Source of the DNA: Eledone cirrhosa
Taxonomy: Eukaryota
Length of the DNA: 64,000 bases
NCBI GenBank assembly: GCA_964016885.1
Contig: OZ024741.1
Coordinates: forward strand, 304,668,001 to 304,732,000
Direction of reading: 5' to 3'
The stretch's first letter is position 1. Each line of letters starts with the position of its first letter. A program made the translations under genes and the position numbers. Of the stretch, positions 1 to 12,215 are shown in pieces. The notes below the pieces were generated by a model. It searched no databases, had not been told where the DNA came from, and saw only the letters and a list, made by a program, of their open reading frames with translations.

Positions 1-956
1 ATATGTATATGTATATATATGTATGTATATGTATATGTATGTATATGTATATACATATATATATATGTATATGTATATATATATGTATATATATATATAT
101 GTATATACATATATATATATGTATATACATATATATATATGTATACATATATATATATGTACATACATATATATATATGTATATACATATATATATATGT
201 ATATACATATATATATATGTATATACACATATATATATATGTATATACACATATATATATATGTATATACACATATATATATGTATATACACATATATAT
301 ATATGTATATACACATATATATATATATGTATATACACATATATATATATGTATATACACATATATATATATGTATATACACATATATATATATGTATAT
401 ACACATATATATATATGTATATACACATATATATATATATGTATATACACATATATATGTATATACACATATATATATGTATATACACATATATATATGT
501 ATATACACATATATATATATATATACACATATATATATGTATATACACATATATATGTATGTACATATATATATGTATATACATATATATATATATATAC
601 ATATATATATGTATATACATATATATATGTATATACATATATATATACATATATATATGTATATACATATATATATACATATATATATGTATATATATGT
701 ATATACATATATATATATACATATATATATGTATAAACATATATATATGTATATACATATATAAAAATGTATATACATACATAAAAATGTATATACATAC
801 ATAAAAATGTATATACATACATATATATATACATATGTATATACATACATACTATATATAGAGAGAGAGACAGGGGGTGGTGTATATAAAATACACATAT
901 ATATATATATATATATACACGTACATATATATATATACACACGTATATATATACAC

Positions 957-987
<31 letters not shown>

Positions 988-1080
988 CACGTACATATAT
1001 ATGTATATAGACGTACATATATATATATACACGTACATATATACATTTCTATCTATTCACGCACATATATATATATTCAC
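1..1080. repeat. Compound (TA)n-derived micro/minisatellite in M-Ras intron 1
   Basis: Repeated ~20-24 bp units like ATATATATATGTATATACAC; the Y/I/M/H/T-rich ORFs here are artefacts. Confidence 0.95.
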
Positions 1081-1770
1081 GCACATTCAGCGGATGTATT
1101 TGTAGTGCATCTCAGCTATACTAACAATTGAAAGATTCACTATGGGTCGTCGTGTGTATATATATATATATATAAAACACCCACACCCACTCACACACCA
1201 AAAAAGAACTACGTATACAAGTGGGCAGATTTAGTTAGCGGCATCCGTTTTCCTCGTGTGCGAATCCCTGCATATCTATCTATGTATGGGTGTTGGTTTT
1301 ACTCGTGTTGTACATGTGAGCAAAGAGAATTATCCAAGGAGAGACAAAGAACAAATGAAAGAGCGTGGAGAAAGTGAGTTAAACGAAGATGGTACCAGTG
1401 TATAGGGTGGAGGAGGAAAATGTAAGGATAATCTTAAAAGACTCAGGAGCGGAGAAAGTAGGTGTATGGTGTGAGTATTAATGAGAAAAGGGAGAAGAGA
1501 GAGGGGGGATATAATAGAAGGTTAGACAAGAAAGAAAGAAAAAGAGAGAATATGCGTTTGTATAGGTAGGTGTATAGAAGAGAAAAAGAAACTAAATGCA
1601 CCAAGAAGTAAGCGAATAAAAGGGTCATTAGAGAGTTAAATTGATAATAAACGAGGATGGAAAGCGCGCGCGTGTGTATGGAAGAGTTGAAGATGAGATA
1701 CCTAGATAGATAAATAGAGAAAAGGCGAGAGGTAGGGAAAAAAACATGAAAGGTATGGTCGGACACTTAC

Positions 1771-1954
1771 CGTCCAAGACACACCATATTCCATCGACAT
1801 CTTCGTGTTGTATGTATGAATCCTCAATTGTTGGGTCGTAATCCTGGACAAACAGTTTCTGAAAGAATTGAATAGTGAGTGCCGATTTACCAACACCCCC
1901 TTCTCCGACTACGACCAGCTTGTAAGTGCTGGAGTCATTAGGTGGCTTCACCAT
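1771..1954 (-). CDS. MRAS: Ras-related protein M-Ras (R-Ras3)-like, first coding exon; gene continues off the left edge
   Basis: [61 protein letters not shown]: P-loop, YDPTIEDSY effector loop, M-Ras-typical TIQFFQK; ends at phase-1 donor G|GTAAGT (1770). Confidence 0.9.
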
Positions 1955-2870
1955 TGTGATATGTTGCCGGTTTCGTTCCTAGCAACCCCCCTCATACACA
2001 GCCGAGCAGCCTGCGATTCTGGTTTTCCTTTTTGCGACCCTTGTGTGTGCGTGTTTGACAGAAAGAGCTTATCTGTGTTTTGTTTTCAAAATTTCCCCCA
2101 CCAACCGTAGCGATCGGTTCCAATGAGGGAATGAATGAACGAGCAAACGAACAAATACGATGAAACACTTGATACTAACTGGGCTTTGCCCTGGTACTGC
2201 TGATGTTGTAGTAAGATACTGCTGTTGATAGTGATAGTAATTGATGATTCTGACGGTAGTGCTGCTTGTGATGGTGACGATGATTGTGGTGGTAATGATG
2301 ATAATGATGCCGTTACACTTCCTTGTTAGACAAACTACGCCAGATCCATGCCTGCTGCTTTTGATGCTGCCGCTGCTGCTACTTCAACTTTTCTTTCTCT
2401 GTTCTTTACCATCATGACCATCATCAGCATTATTCCTGTCATTGTATTCCGAATTATTATTATATTTTTTTGTCTTCTTTATAAACCTTTCCTTCACACA
2501 AAAAAACACACTGTATTGTCCTGTACTGTCCTCTTAATGTAAGACCTGTGTGGCGAATAAAGAAAACATTATTATTATTATTCCTTGTCCAAGTTGTTCT
2601 TGGTGAGTGGAGATAGGTGTAGTGTGTTCGTTCGGCTTCGGTCTAACATCTAACGAACACATCTGGGCATTGTCCCCCCTCTCTCTCTCCAATGGATGGA
2701 TGCTGTATTTTTGACGACTACATACTATCATAGTAGCAACCATCACCTCACCTCTCTTTCACCCCCACCCACTAATAATATATATTTGTGTGCGTGTATG
2801 TCTATTTACATATGTATTCCTATGTGTAGTATGCATGCATGAATGTATATTTAGGTATGTGGGTTCGGTA

Positions 2871-2936
<66 letters not shown>

Positions 2937-3358
2937 GATTGTATGTGAATGTGCTTTACTATGTTCTAACATACATAAATAAAATGTTCGCAAGCATGCA
3001 TACAAAAGAGAAAGTACAATGATTTACGAATAGGTGCGAAAATAGGTGTTTATACATGTGGCTAGTGACATAAGGGTTAACGAGTGCCAAAAAACTAGCT
3101 GTTATAAAAGAGATATTATAGAGGCGTAAGTATTGCGAAGACAGAAACGAAAAAAATATATATGTAAGGGAAAGAAAGCGATAATAATAATAATAATTGT
3201 TTCTACTTTAGGCACATGGCCAGCAATTTTATCGACCACTTAAGCATGAAATGCAAATCTAACTCCAGCGAATAATAATGATAATTTCATGAGGGTGGAA
3301 ATGATCTGTAGATAGAGATGAACGAGAAACCAGGTACGAAGAATACATGCGGTAATAT

Positions 3359-3458
3359 AATTGTTTCTACTTTTGGCACAAGGCCATCAAACACCCAGTA
3401 CATTACTGGTACTTTATTTTATCGACCCCGTAAGGATGAAAGACAAAGTTAACCTCGA
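3359..3458 (-). mobile_element. tRNA-derived SINE family A, 5'-truncated
   Basis: Reverse complement of the 63019-63200 copy (CTTTCATCCTTACGGGGTCGATAAAATAAAGTACCAG...GTAGAAACAAT). Confidence 0.8.
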
Positions 3459-3734
3459 TAATATAAGATAAAACTCCTATATCTGATAATGATTTACTGT
3501 AGTATGCTCGTGTGTGTATACACATTTACTATGTACATAAGAGAAAGATATACAATTAAGACTTCTAACAGAATGAACCCGTGCTAAAGGACCCCAAGGG
3601 TCAGATTGTGACAGACAGTCTACTATCCATTTATGTATGTTTGTGTATTTATGTGTATGTGCTCGAGCTAGTGGTGGTTTCAGGGTGGTTATCGAAAGAG
3701 TTAGGAAAGACCCTTTAAATTTGGTCATTTAGAC

Positions 3735-4080
3735 AGTGCTGATGCGTGTTGCCCCCTCAGTATACTCTTTAAGTGGTAGTGCTGGTCCGATAATAAATAC
3801 ACCTTGTACACTCTGTAAAGTAGTAGCGCTGGTACCACGATAAAATACGCCCAGTTCATTCTCTAAACTGGCAGTACCCAGTACCAATTCCATGATAAAA
3901 TGCACTCTGTAAAGTGGTAGTGTAGTGCCAGTGTCATGATAAAATGTACCTAGTTCATTGTAAAGTTGTTATTAGGAAGGATATCCAGCAGTAGAAACCA
4001 AGCCAAATGTGGAATGTATAAGTAAGACGTGGTTCTCTGGCCAGTCTAGTTGTCACACTAAGAAGACATAAAACTAAATA
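3735..4080 (+). repeat. RTE 3' UTR-derived repeat with tandem ~45-50 bp units
   Basis: Repeated GTACCACGATAAAATACGCCCAGT...CTGTAAAGTGGT units followed by TTAGGAAGGATATCCAGC, as in the LINE 3' UTRs. Confidence 0.65.
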
Positions 4081-4520
4081 TGCATCTCATTTAATTTAAC
4101 TTTTTCCCTAATTAACTGTGCTAAAACCACTTTCATGAATTGGTCCATCGGTTTTATGCCCCTGCTGTAGTTGTTCTTTTCTAGTGCATCACCTTTTCCA
4201 ATGTAACAATTAATGAGTATACTGCTACACCAGTCATTGGGAATGACCCCCACCCCCCAATCATTTGGACATTTATAATAAGAAAAGCAGTGTTCACAAC
4301 CTTCCCTGACTGTTTATATTGATGCAGCTGATTTTCAATTTTAACAACTTATATCACTGAGCATTTAGTGAAGTGTTTAGTTTAACATCTGGGAGTAGCT
4401 GAGTCAAATTAAGTCCTTTCAAGGCCCTAAGCTTAAAATATGATGCTCCCTAAATATAAATTCTGGAAAAAAATATGGTTCCTTTCTTCCCTTGATACTT
4501 TAAGCATGGGTTTATTTTGC

Positions 4521-4739
4521 TTAGCCCTTTAGCATTTAAACCGACTGTATCTGGTCAGAATTTTCTCACCTCTTTCTATTCAAACCAGCTGTAATCGTCC
4601 ACCCATACTGATGTTAAGGTATGGTTTTCAAAATAAATATCAAAATCTCATAGATTTGATATTATGTAAGATAATTATGTGAGGTAAAACTTTTACCACA
4701 AAAATACAATATAGAGTCATGAGAATGCTAAAGGGTTAA
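4521..4739. mobile_element. piggyBac-type MITE (family P1)
   Basis: TTAG-CCCTTTAGCATT...AATGCTAAAGGG-TTAA termini; homologues at 17342, 38610, 61703, 63482. Confidence 0.75.
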
Positions 4740-5100
4740 TGGTTATTCCAGCCCTGAGGGGGAGCAGCGATGTTTAGGAAACGGTGCACTAGCCACTAGC
4801 TAGTTCAGAAGAGTAGATACTATTATAGGAGTAGAATAAAGAGAAAAAGTGAGCTAGTGGTTGAAGTGTGCTACCAACAATCAGTAGGCTGATTGTTGGT
4901 AGTGGTGATGAATTTCAAGTCCTCAGTCCACTTCTGTTTATCCTAGTTCTCCAATGACCATAAACAGAGGAGTTTGGGACTGGTACTCCACCAGAGCTCC
5001 TGTGTGCTGATGATCTGGTTGTTATAACTGAATCTATGGAGGAATTGGAGGCAAAATTCTAAAGGAGGAGGAGAAATCTAAATCAAGGGGATTAAACTAG

Positions 5101-5406
5101 TGGAGGCATATGGTCTAGTGGTATGTGTGTTGGTAAGTGTATTAGACTTGAAATCATAATGTCATGGGTTCGATTCCTGGGCTGGGTTGTGTGTTGTCTT
5201 CTTGAGAAAAACACTTCATTTCACATTGCTCCAGTATACTCAGCTAAAAATGAGTACCAGCAATAGCTTGGGGTGGGGGGTTAACCCTGCGATGGACTGA
5301 TGTCTTGTCCAAGGGGAAGTCATGAAATCTCTGTCACTTGACATCACAGAAACCGGGATAAGTACCGGCCTGATGCGCCTCTGGGCTCAAGACAGAGTTT
5401 AGACTT
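5101..5406 (+). mobile_element. tRNA-derived SINE family B inserted in a decayed RTE fragment (~4890-5545)
   Basis: A-box TGGTCTAGTGG, B-box GGTTCGATTCC; homologue at 38838-39095; left flank carries a decayed ELLCADDL RT motif. Confidence 0.75.
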
Positions 5407-5733
5407 GATGAAAACTAAGCTGTTGATAGATGGGACAGAGGACAGAAGCCTGATACCATCGGAAAAGTGTGTTTGTTTCAATATATTAAAGATGGGTGGG
5501 CAGAAGTGCTATAGGGTGCACACAATTTAATTTATGGATGCACAGATGTAGTTGCTTGTAATCATTTCAATGCATCTCACATTATTAATTAAAAATCAAT
5601 CGGAAAATGGGTTTCAAGTCACAGAAAGAATTTGAAAAACAATACTTATGTAATGTGGGAGATTCCTCATCTTCATATACATGTGTAAATATATCATCAT
5701 CTTCATATACATGTGTATGTGCATAAATGAAGT

Positions 5734-6399
5734 AAGCATAAATGAACTAAGTGAGAAATTAGGAATAAGAGGGATCAGATGCTGTTTACTCGAGAGAAGA
5801 CTACGTTGGTACGGTCACGTGATGCGCATGAAAGACGACATCTGTATAAAAAAGTGCAGGGCGATCAAAATAGACGGTAGCCACAGAGTAGGCAGACCCA
5901 GAAAAACCTGGGATGACTTGATAAATTCCGACCTCACACACTTACACCCCTCCAAAACAATGTCACTGGACCGAGATCTTTGGTGCTACACAGTAATACA
6001 GAAGACCCGCCTTGCCTAAGTACAAAGCAAAACCTACAGTCAGTAGGCACCTCTTAACAAAAATACACCCCCGTCCCACTACCCTCACCCCATCCACACC
6101 ACCCCTTATGATGTAAAGTTATGTTGGTACCACAACATCCAGTCCAAAATAAATGAGGTCGTGTAGGTGTCACGACAAAAAAACACAGTCCATGCTGCAA
6201 TGTGGCCATGTAGGTAACACGATAAAAACCTCCCAGTCCACACTATAAACATGGTTGGTGTTAGGAAGGGCATCCAGCTGTAGAAAACCCGCCAGACAGA
6301 CCTATACGAGCAAGACAACCAATCTTGCCTCAAGTGGGAAAATTACCGTCCAAACCCATGCTAGCGTGGAAGATGGACGTTAAACGATGATGATGATGA
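5734..6399 (+). mobile_element. RTE LINE 3' fragment (same subfamily as 48005-51555)
   Basis: RRLRWYGHVMRM...GRPRKTWD, 3' UTR and (GAT)n tail. Confidence 0.9.
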
Positions 6400-6478
6400 T
6401 ATATATATACACATGTATATATATATTCATATATATATAGACATACATGTATACATATATATATATATACATATATAT

Positions 6479-8001
6479 TTGACAGAGTTCCACGTGCTGT
6501 AATCTGGTGGGCTCTTAGAAAACTAGGAGTAGATGAATGGCTTGTGAAAGCGGTACAAGCCATGTATAGGGGAGCAGTCAGCAAAGTTAAGATTAGCAAT
6601 GAGTATAGCGAGGAATTTAGCGTACAGGTTGGGGTCCACCAGGGCTCTGTTCTTAGCCCTCTCCTGTTCATCATAGTCCTGCAGGCAATAACGGAGGAAT
6701 TTAAGACCGGATGCCCATGGGAACTCCTGTATGCTGATGACCTCGCACTCATAGCTGAATCTATGATAGAACTAGAGAATAAATTCCAAACCTGGAAGCA
6801 GGGACTAGAGTGAAAGGGTCTCAAAGTCAACATGACAAAGACTAAGGTCCTTGTAAGTAGACGAGAAAACAGAACCCAGATCCCCTCAGGGAAATGGCCT
6901 TGCTCAGTATGTAGGAAAGGTGTAGGTAGGAACTCCATTCTCTGCCCCAAATGCAAACAATGGGTACACAAGAGATGTAGCGGGATCTCAGGAAGCTTAA
7001 TTAAGAATGTAGGATTCACATGCAACAGCTGTGCTGAAACAGCAAGCAGCATCAGCCACAGGAAACAAGTACCACCAATCTCTGGGAGGGCCCTGTAGAA
7101 ACAATAGACAGCTTCTGCTACCTAGGTGACCGAATTAGCAACGGAGGTGGGTGTTCAGAAAGTACAATAACTAGGGTAAGAACGGGGTGGAAGAAGTTTA
7201 GGGAACTACTACCACTGCTAGGTGCAAAAGGCTTCTCCCTCAGAATGAAAGGCAGACTGTATGATGCGTGTATCCGAACAGCGATGTTGCATGGTAGTGA
7301 GACCTGGGCGCTGAAGGTGGAAGACTTACGTAGATTAGAGAGAAACGAAGCCTGCATGCTCAGATGGATGTGTAACAGTAATATACGTGAACGACAAAGC
7401 ATAAATGAATTGAGAGAGAGACTGAGCATAAGAGGAATCAAATGCTGTGTGCAGGAGAGGCGGTTGCGCTGGTATGGACATGTGATGCGTATGAAGGATG
7501 GCAGCTGCATAAAAAGGTGCAGAGCACTAGAAGTTGATGGAAACCGCGGAGTGGGGAGACCCAAGATGACCTGGGATGAGGTGATAAAAGCCGACCTTAC
7601 CCAATTACACCTCTCAAAGACAATGACACACGACCGTGTCTTCTGGCGTCACGCAGTAATACAGAGTACCCGACCTCCCATGGGTACATGCTGAAGCATA
7701 TAAACAATATGCCCCCACACCCCCCACCGCAAGGTGGTCGTGGAGGTGCCACGGCAAAAAAGCACCCAGCCCACACTGTAAAGTGGACGTGTAGGCGCCA
7801 CGAAAAAGCACCCAGCACTCACTGTAAATGAGGTTGGTGTTAGGAAGGGCATCCAGCTGTAGAAATCAAGCCAGATCAGTTCCTGTATGAGCAAGGCATG
7901 GTCAGCCGACCAGACACTGCACACAACAGGACAACCCGTCTAACCCATGCTAGCGTGGAAGAACGGACGTAAAACGGTGATGATGATGATGATGATGATG
8001 A
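6479..8001 (+). mobile_element. RTE LINE subfamily A, 5'-truncated copy 1
   Basis: GVHQGSVLSP and LLYADD RT motifs, PHD-like finger, (GAT)n tail; in-frame stop at 6811 and frameshift near 7051. Confidence 0.95.
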
Positions 8002-8049
8002 TATGTATACATGTATGTCTATATATATATGAATATATATATACATGTA

Positions 8050-8387
8050 TGGAGGCACATGGCTTAGTGGTTAGAGCATTGGCCTTGCAATCGAAAGGTT
8101 GTGAGTTCAATTCTCAGACCGGGTGATGTGTTGTTTCCTTGAGCAAGACACTTTATTTCACATTGCTCCAGTTTACTCAGCTGTAGAAATGAGATGATAG
8201 GGACTGGGTCCCTATCATCCCACTGCAAAGTGGTCGTGTAGGTGCCACGGCAAAAAAGCACCCAACACTCACTGTAAATGAGGTTGGTGTTAGGAAGGGC
8301 ATCCAGCTGTAGAAATCAAGCCAAAATCAGTTACCGTCCCACCCTTGCAAGCAGGGAAAAAGCGGACGTAAAATGAAATGATGATGA
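8050..8387 (+). mobile_element. Composite SINE: tRNA head, 12-bp hairpin, RTE subfamily-A 3' tail
   Basis: A-box TGGCTTAGTGG, B-box GAGTTCAATTCT, hairpin 8193-8219, tail matches 7730-7870; second copy 61883-62155 (-). Confidence 0.8.
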
Positions 8388-8480
8388 TATATATAAATAT
8401 ATATCAAATATATATTTATATATATAAATAAATAAATAAATAAGTATATATATATATAAATATATATCAAATATATATAT

Positions 8481-8675
8481 ATCAAATTAAAATGTTGAGT
8501 TAAAAGCACACAATAATCCCCTATAATCAAATAAGCTCAAGGAACAAATTCTGAGCTCTTTGTAAGACAGTAAGGAGAGAAATACACAAATATATGTGTT
8601 CAATCATGAGGGATATAAAACCACCAGGAAGTTTGTACGATACTGATAACACTAAATAAAATTGATAATTAAGGT
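8481..8675 (+). mobile_element. Structured (TA)n-associated element family C
   Basis: Homologous to 21716-21910 (ATCAAATTAAAA...ATCCCCT(A/G)TAAT...GCTCAAGGAA...TGAGC). Confidence 0.6.
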
Positions 8676-8869
8676 TTTTCATGTGTTTTCAACTAGTCTG
8701 ATCTCCATCAAGCCAACTGTCGATTTACTTTCTGAAAATAGAATGAGGGAAGCTAGTTGAGGGAGAATTTACCGCTAATTTTGTTTTTTCAACTAATCTG
8801 ACCTCCGACATGCATTCGCCTTCTTTTCCGAAACTGGAATGGTGGAAACATACTAGATTATTTCTAGTT

Positions 8870-9651
8870 CAGGCTCAGAGGTTCCCTAGAGGTAGCCAGA
8901 CCTATAAATCTATCAACAAAATTGTCGACAAGGACGATGGCGTTCATTATCCTGTTGAATTTCTCAATAATCTGGAACTGTCTGGAATGCTGCTGCCACA
9001 CAGAATTTTTCAATAATCTAGAACTGTTCAGTATGTTTCCACACAACCTTGAATTGAAGAAGGGCACAGTCATCATGCTTCTCACAAACCTGGATCAGCC
9101 AAGATTGTGTAATGGAGCACATATGGTTGTGACTGAACTACAGCCTCACATTATCGAAGCCAAAATGCTCACTGGCTGTGGTAAGGGAGACATCGCATTT
9201 ATACTTAGAATGACACTGATAACAACAGATGAACCTTCTCGTTTCAATTGATTGCAATTCCCAGTGAGAGTCAGTTATGGAATGACCATTAACAAGTCCC
9301 AAGGTCAAACACCGCAGGTTGTCGGTCACATCTAGAAAGGCTGTTTTTCACATTGTCAATTGTATGTAGATTATTCCAGACTAGGAAGACTCCATAAACT
9401 CATCATATATGCTCCAAGGAAAAAAGTTAAAAAGATTATATATATGAAGTTATGTAAATGTTTTATAATTTTCGTAGAATACATTTTTCTATTATTTTTT
9501 TTATTACTTTCTGTATTTAGATATTCAAAATAATTTTTAAAGACTATGTTATGCAATATATAAATACTTTTAACACCTTGGACATTACGACAGATGACAA
9601 TATGTGCCTTATGAATCGATTAGAGTACAGTACAAACCGGGAGGCCGCTAG
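8870..9651 (+). mobile_element. Helitron 3' remnant with decayed PIF1-type helicase
   Basis: YPVEFLN, PHNLELKKGTVIMLLTNLDQPRLCNG, QFPVRVSYGMTINKSQGQT motifs with stops and an internal duplication; CTAG|T terminus at 9648-9652. Confidence 0.85.
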
Positions 9652-9665
9652 TATATATCCATATA

Positions 9666-9995
9666 CAGTGGAACATCAGTTCACGCACGCCTCTCATCAA
9701 GAACAAATAAGTTCTTAAACAAATATTTCCGAACATAAAACGTCTCAGTTCACGAATGGTTTCTCGAGTAACGAACAAGTAAGCCGGCAACAACAGTTGG
9801 CAAAAAGCTTTTGAGTATCGGCGGGAAAACGTCACTTGCTGTGTAGTTAGTTACTATGGTGATATCTGTCTGTCACACACAGTGTCTCTCTTTCTCTCTC
9901 AACATTTCGTATGCGAAAAATAATTTCGGTTTATGAATATTTCGGATGACAAATGGCCTACAGGAACGAATTAAGTTCGTGAACGCAGGTTCCAC

Positions 9996-9997
<2 letters not shown>
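9666..9997. mobile_element. pogo/Tigger-type MITE
   Basis: TIRs CAGTGGAACATCAGTTCACGCAC / GTTCGTGAACGCAGGTTCCACTG, TA on left. Confidence 0.75.
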
Positions 9998-10028
<31 letters not shown>

Positions 10029-10128
10029 ATATATGTGTGTGTCCGTATGTGGTTGACGGCTGAGATAAAAGAGTATTCAATACCGAAGTAGAGTTTTAAT
10101 ATTCATTTTATTAAGGCTAAATAGTGAG

Positions 10129-10178
10129 TTTTGTCACTCTGGAGTTTCGCTTGTTTATTACAGGGTCATCAGACAAGA
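10129..10178 (-). ncRNA. Degenerate type-I hammerhead ribozyme motif
   Basis: UCUUGU-CUGAUGA-weak stem II-GAAA-CUCCAGAG-U-G-ACAAAA; triplet GUG is non-canonical; inside a 17-bp inverted repeat 10101-10210. Confidence 0.45.
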
Positions 10179-10890
10179 ACCCTTGATAAACAGGCCTTAA
10201 TAAAATGAATGTGTGCGTGTGCGTGTGCGTGCATATAGCCAGAACGTATTTATTAGCAATAAGTGTTTGGTTTATTTTATTACAAGGTGCGGCACGAATG
10301 TACATACAGCAGGAGTGGTCAATGTTTTTCTTGCATGCAATCATATAAACTAAATCAACGCACTAACGAAGAAGAGAAATGATGTAATATTGTGTGTAAT
10401 GATTGAATGAGAGAGAGAGAAAGAGTGTGTGTGACTGAGAGAGGGAGTTGGTGAAAAAATGAGTTGGGAGAGGAAAAGAAAGGATGGAACAACGGGGATA
10501 CATGAATAATCAAATAAAATGTTTGAACGATTAACTACGAGTTGCTAATACCCAAATCAGACTTTCTATCCCAATACATACATGTTTTGTGTGGTTGTTT
10601 AACCCTAGATCAGACCTATGATTAAAGCCGTCTCTAGCTTATTTTTTTACCTCAAGAAATAGTGTATTTATGACTAAATTATCTCATTCAAAACATTTTC
10701 GACCCTGTCGTGTGTGCTCTATGTCAACTGCAGTTTTCGAAACGAATCGGAAAATGCTAAAATATTTAGAAAAAATTAATATTTTTAATGCATCGCAACA
10801 GTGCATGTGTATTCTTCCTACTTCAGATTTTATAGAATTGTTATACTCGTTTGTTTGTTTTTTTGTTTTTGTTTATATATATATATATAT

Positions 10891-10963
<73 letters not shown>

Positions 10964-10965
<2 letters not shown>

Positions 10966-11187
10966 CATACGTCAAGACGGGCGGTCTCAAAAGTTAAACT
11001 AATTTTTGACAGTTTTACGATTGTGAATTTGTTGTGTATATATGTTTGTGTGTATATATATGTGTTTGTGTGTATATATATATGTGTCTGTATATATATA
11101 TATGTGTATGTATATATATATTTATGCACACATACACATTTGTATGAATTTGTAGATGTACATGCATATATATATACATCTTGACGT

Positions 11188-11192
<5 letters not shown>
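10964..11192. mobile_element. Small TIR element in (TA)n
   Basis: GGCATACGTCAAGACG / CATCTTGACGTATGCC (15 of 16 inverted match) around a microsatellite core. Confidence 0.55.
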
Positions 11193-11232
<40 letters not shown>

Positions 11233-11262
11233 AGATCAAAAGATGGTTAAAGGAGTTCCATG

Positions 11263-11333
11263 TATTTTATTATGCGCATTTCAAAAACAAACATCATCAT
11301 GCAATAATATTTGTGTTTTCATCAGATAAAACA
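11263..11333 (-). ncRNA. Type-I hammerhead ribozyme (left arm)
   Basis: Exact reverse complement of 11399-11469. Confidence 0.75.
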
Positions 11334-11398
11334 GGAGAACATGATATGAAGGCTAAAAAACACTTGTGGATAGTGCAGTTTTAAATCAACATATCATA

Positions 11399-11469
11399 TG
11401 TTTTATCTGATGAAAACACAAATATTATTGCATGATGATGTTTGTTTTTGAAATGCGCATAATAAAATA
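11399..11469 (+). ncRNA. Type-I hammerhead ribozyme (right arm)
   Basis: Stem I UGUUUUAU/AUAAAAUA, CUGAUGA 11407-13, long stem II, GAAA 11450-53, U-GCGC-A palindromic stem III, AUA triplet 11459-61. Confidence 0.8.
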
Positions 11470-11590
11470 CATGGAACTCATTTAACCATCTTTTGATCTT
11501 ATATTATGTATACTCCAGTCCTACAAACTGTAGAGTGCTTCTTATCCGATATCTGCATTGCTTTATTGTACTACAATAAAACTCACCTCC

Positions 11591-11626
<36 letters not shown>

Positions 11627-11629
<3 letters not shown>

Positions 11630-11723
11630 GTTTCTACTTTTTGGCACAAGGCCAGCAATTATTCCAGTGTATTACTGGTACTTTATTTTATCGACCCCGT
11701 AAGGATGAAAGGCAAAGTTAACC
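11627..11723 (-). mobile_element. SINE family A, truncated
   Basis: Same core and 3' end as 63019-63200. Confidence 0.8.
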
Positions 11724-11742
11724 AAAGTTAATATATAATAGA

Positions 11743-12215
11743 TGGGAAGCCGCTAGAGTTGGTTGAGGACTTCCTGTATCTGGGAGCAAAGATTGGGAAC
11801 ACAGAGGATGATGTGGTTAAGAGGAAGAACAAAGCTTGAGCGTCTTTTCGTTGCTACAGTGGAGTCTGTGCTACTGTACAGGTCTGAGACTTGGACACTG
11901 ACCAAGAAACTTACTCAGATGGTGGATGGGTGCTACACGAGAATGCTGAGGATGGCTCTGAACATTAATCAGTATACACTGAGGATGAAGAACTCAGAGC
12001 TGTACGGAGCCTTCCAAAGTCAGCTCAAAAGTAACACAGAGAAGACTGATGTTAGGCTAGACATGCTCACCGACATTCAAAGTTGACACTGCACTCAGTG
12101 CTCCAGTGGGAGCCCCTACACGGACATACGAGGACAGACACTGGTCTCTTGGAGATGCAGGACGTGGCAGCGACGATGAAGGACAGAGACTGCTGGAGAG
12201 AACTTGTCCTGATGA
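11743..12215 (+). mobile_element. Decayed RTE-type LINE fragment (different subfamily)
   Basis: RLFVATVESVLLYRSETWTLTKK...YTRMLRMALNI C-terminal RT region. Confidence 0.75.

Larger units (their letters stand above)
11226..11506. repeat. Long palindrome (~108-bp arms, one mismatch seen) carrying two hammerheads
   Basis: 11226-11333 is the reverse complement of 11399-11506. Confidence 0.92.

Noticed and set aside
3-1131. Long Y/I/M/H/T-rich ORFs
   Set aside because: Translation of (TA)n-derived repeats that lack stop codons
1890-1915. Possible activating P-loop variant in M-Ras (GEGGVGKS)
   Set aside because: The G12/G13-equivalent glycines are intact; E replaces D conservatively
6734-6742. 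CTGATGA motifs in LINEs (also near 5008 and 17742)
   Set aside because: They are codons of the RT (Y)ADD motif with no hammerhead stems
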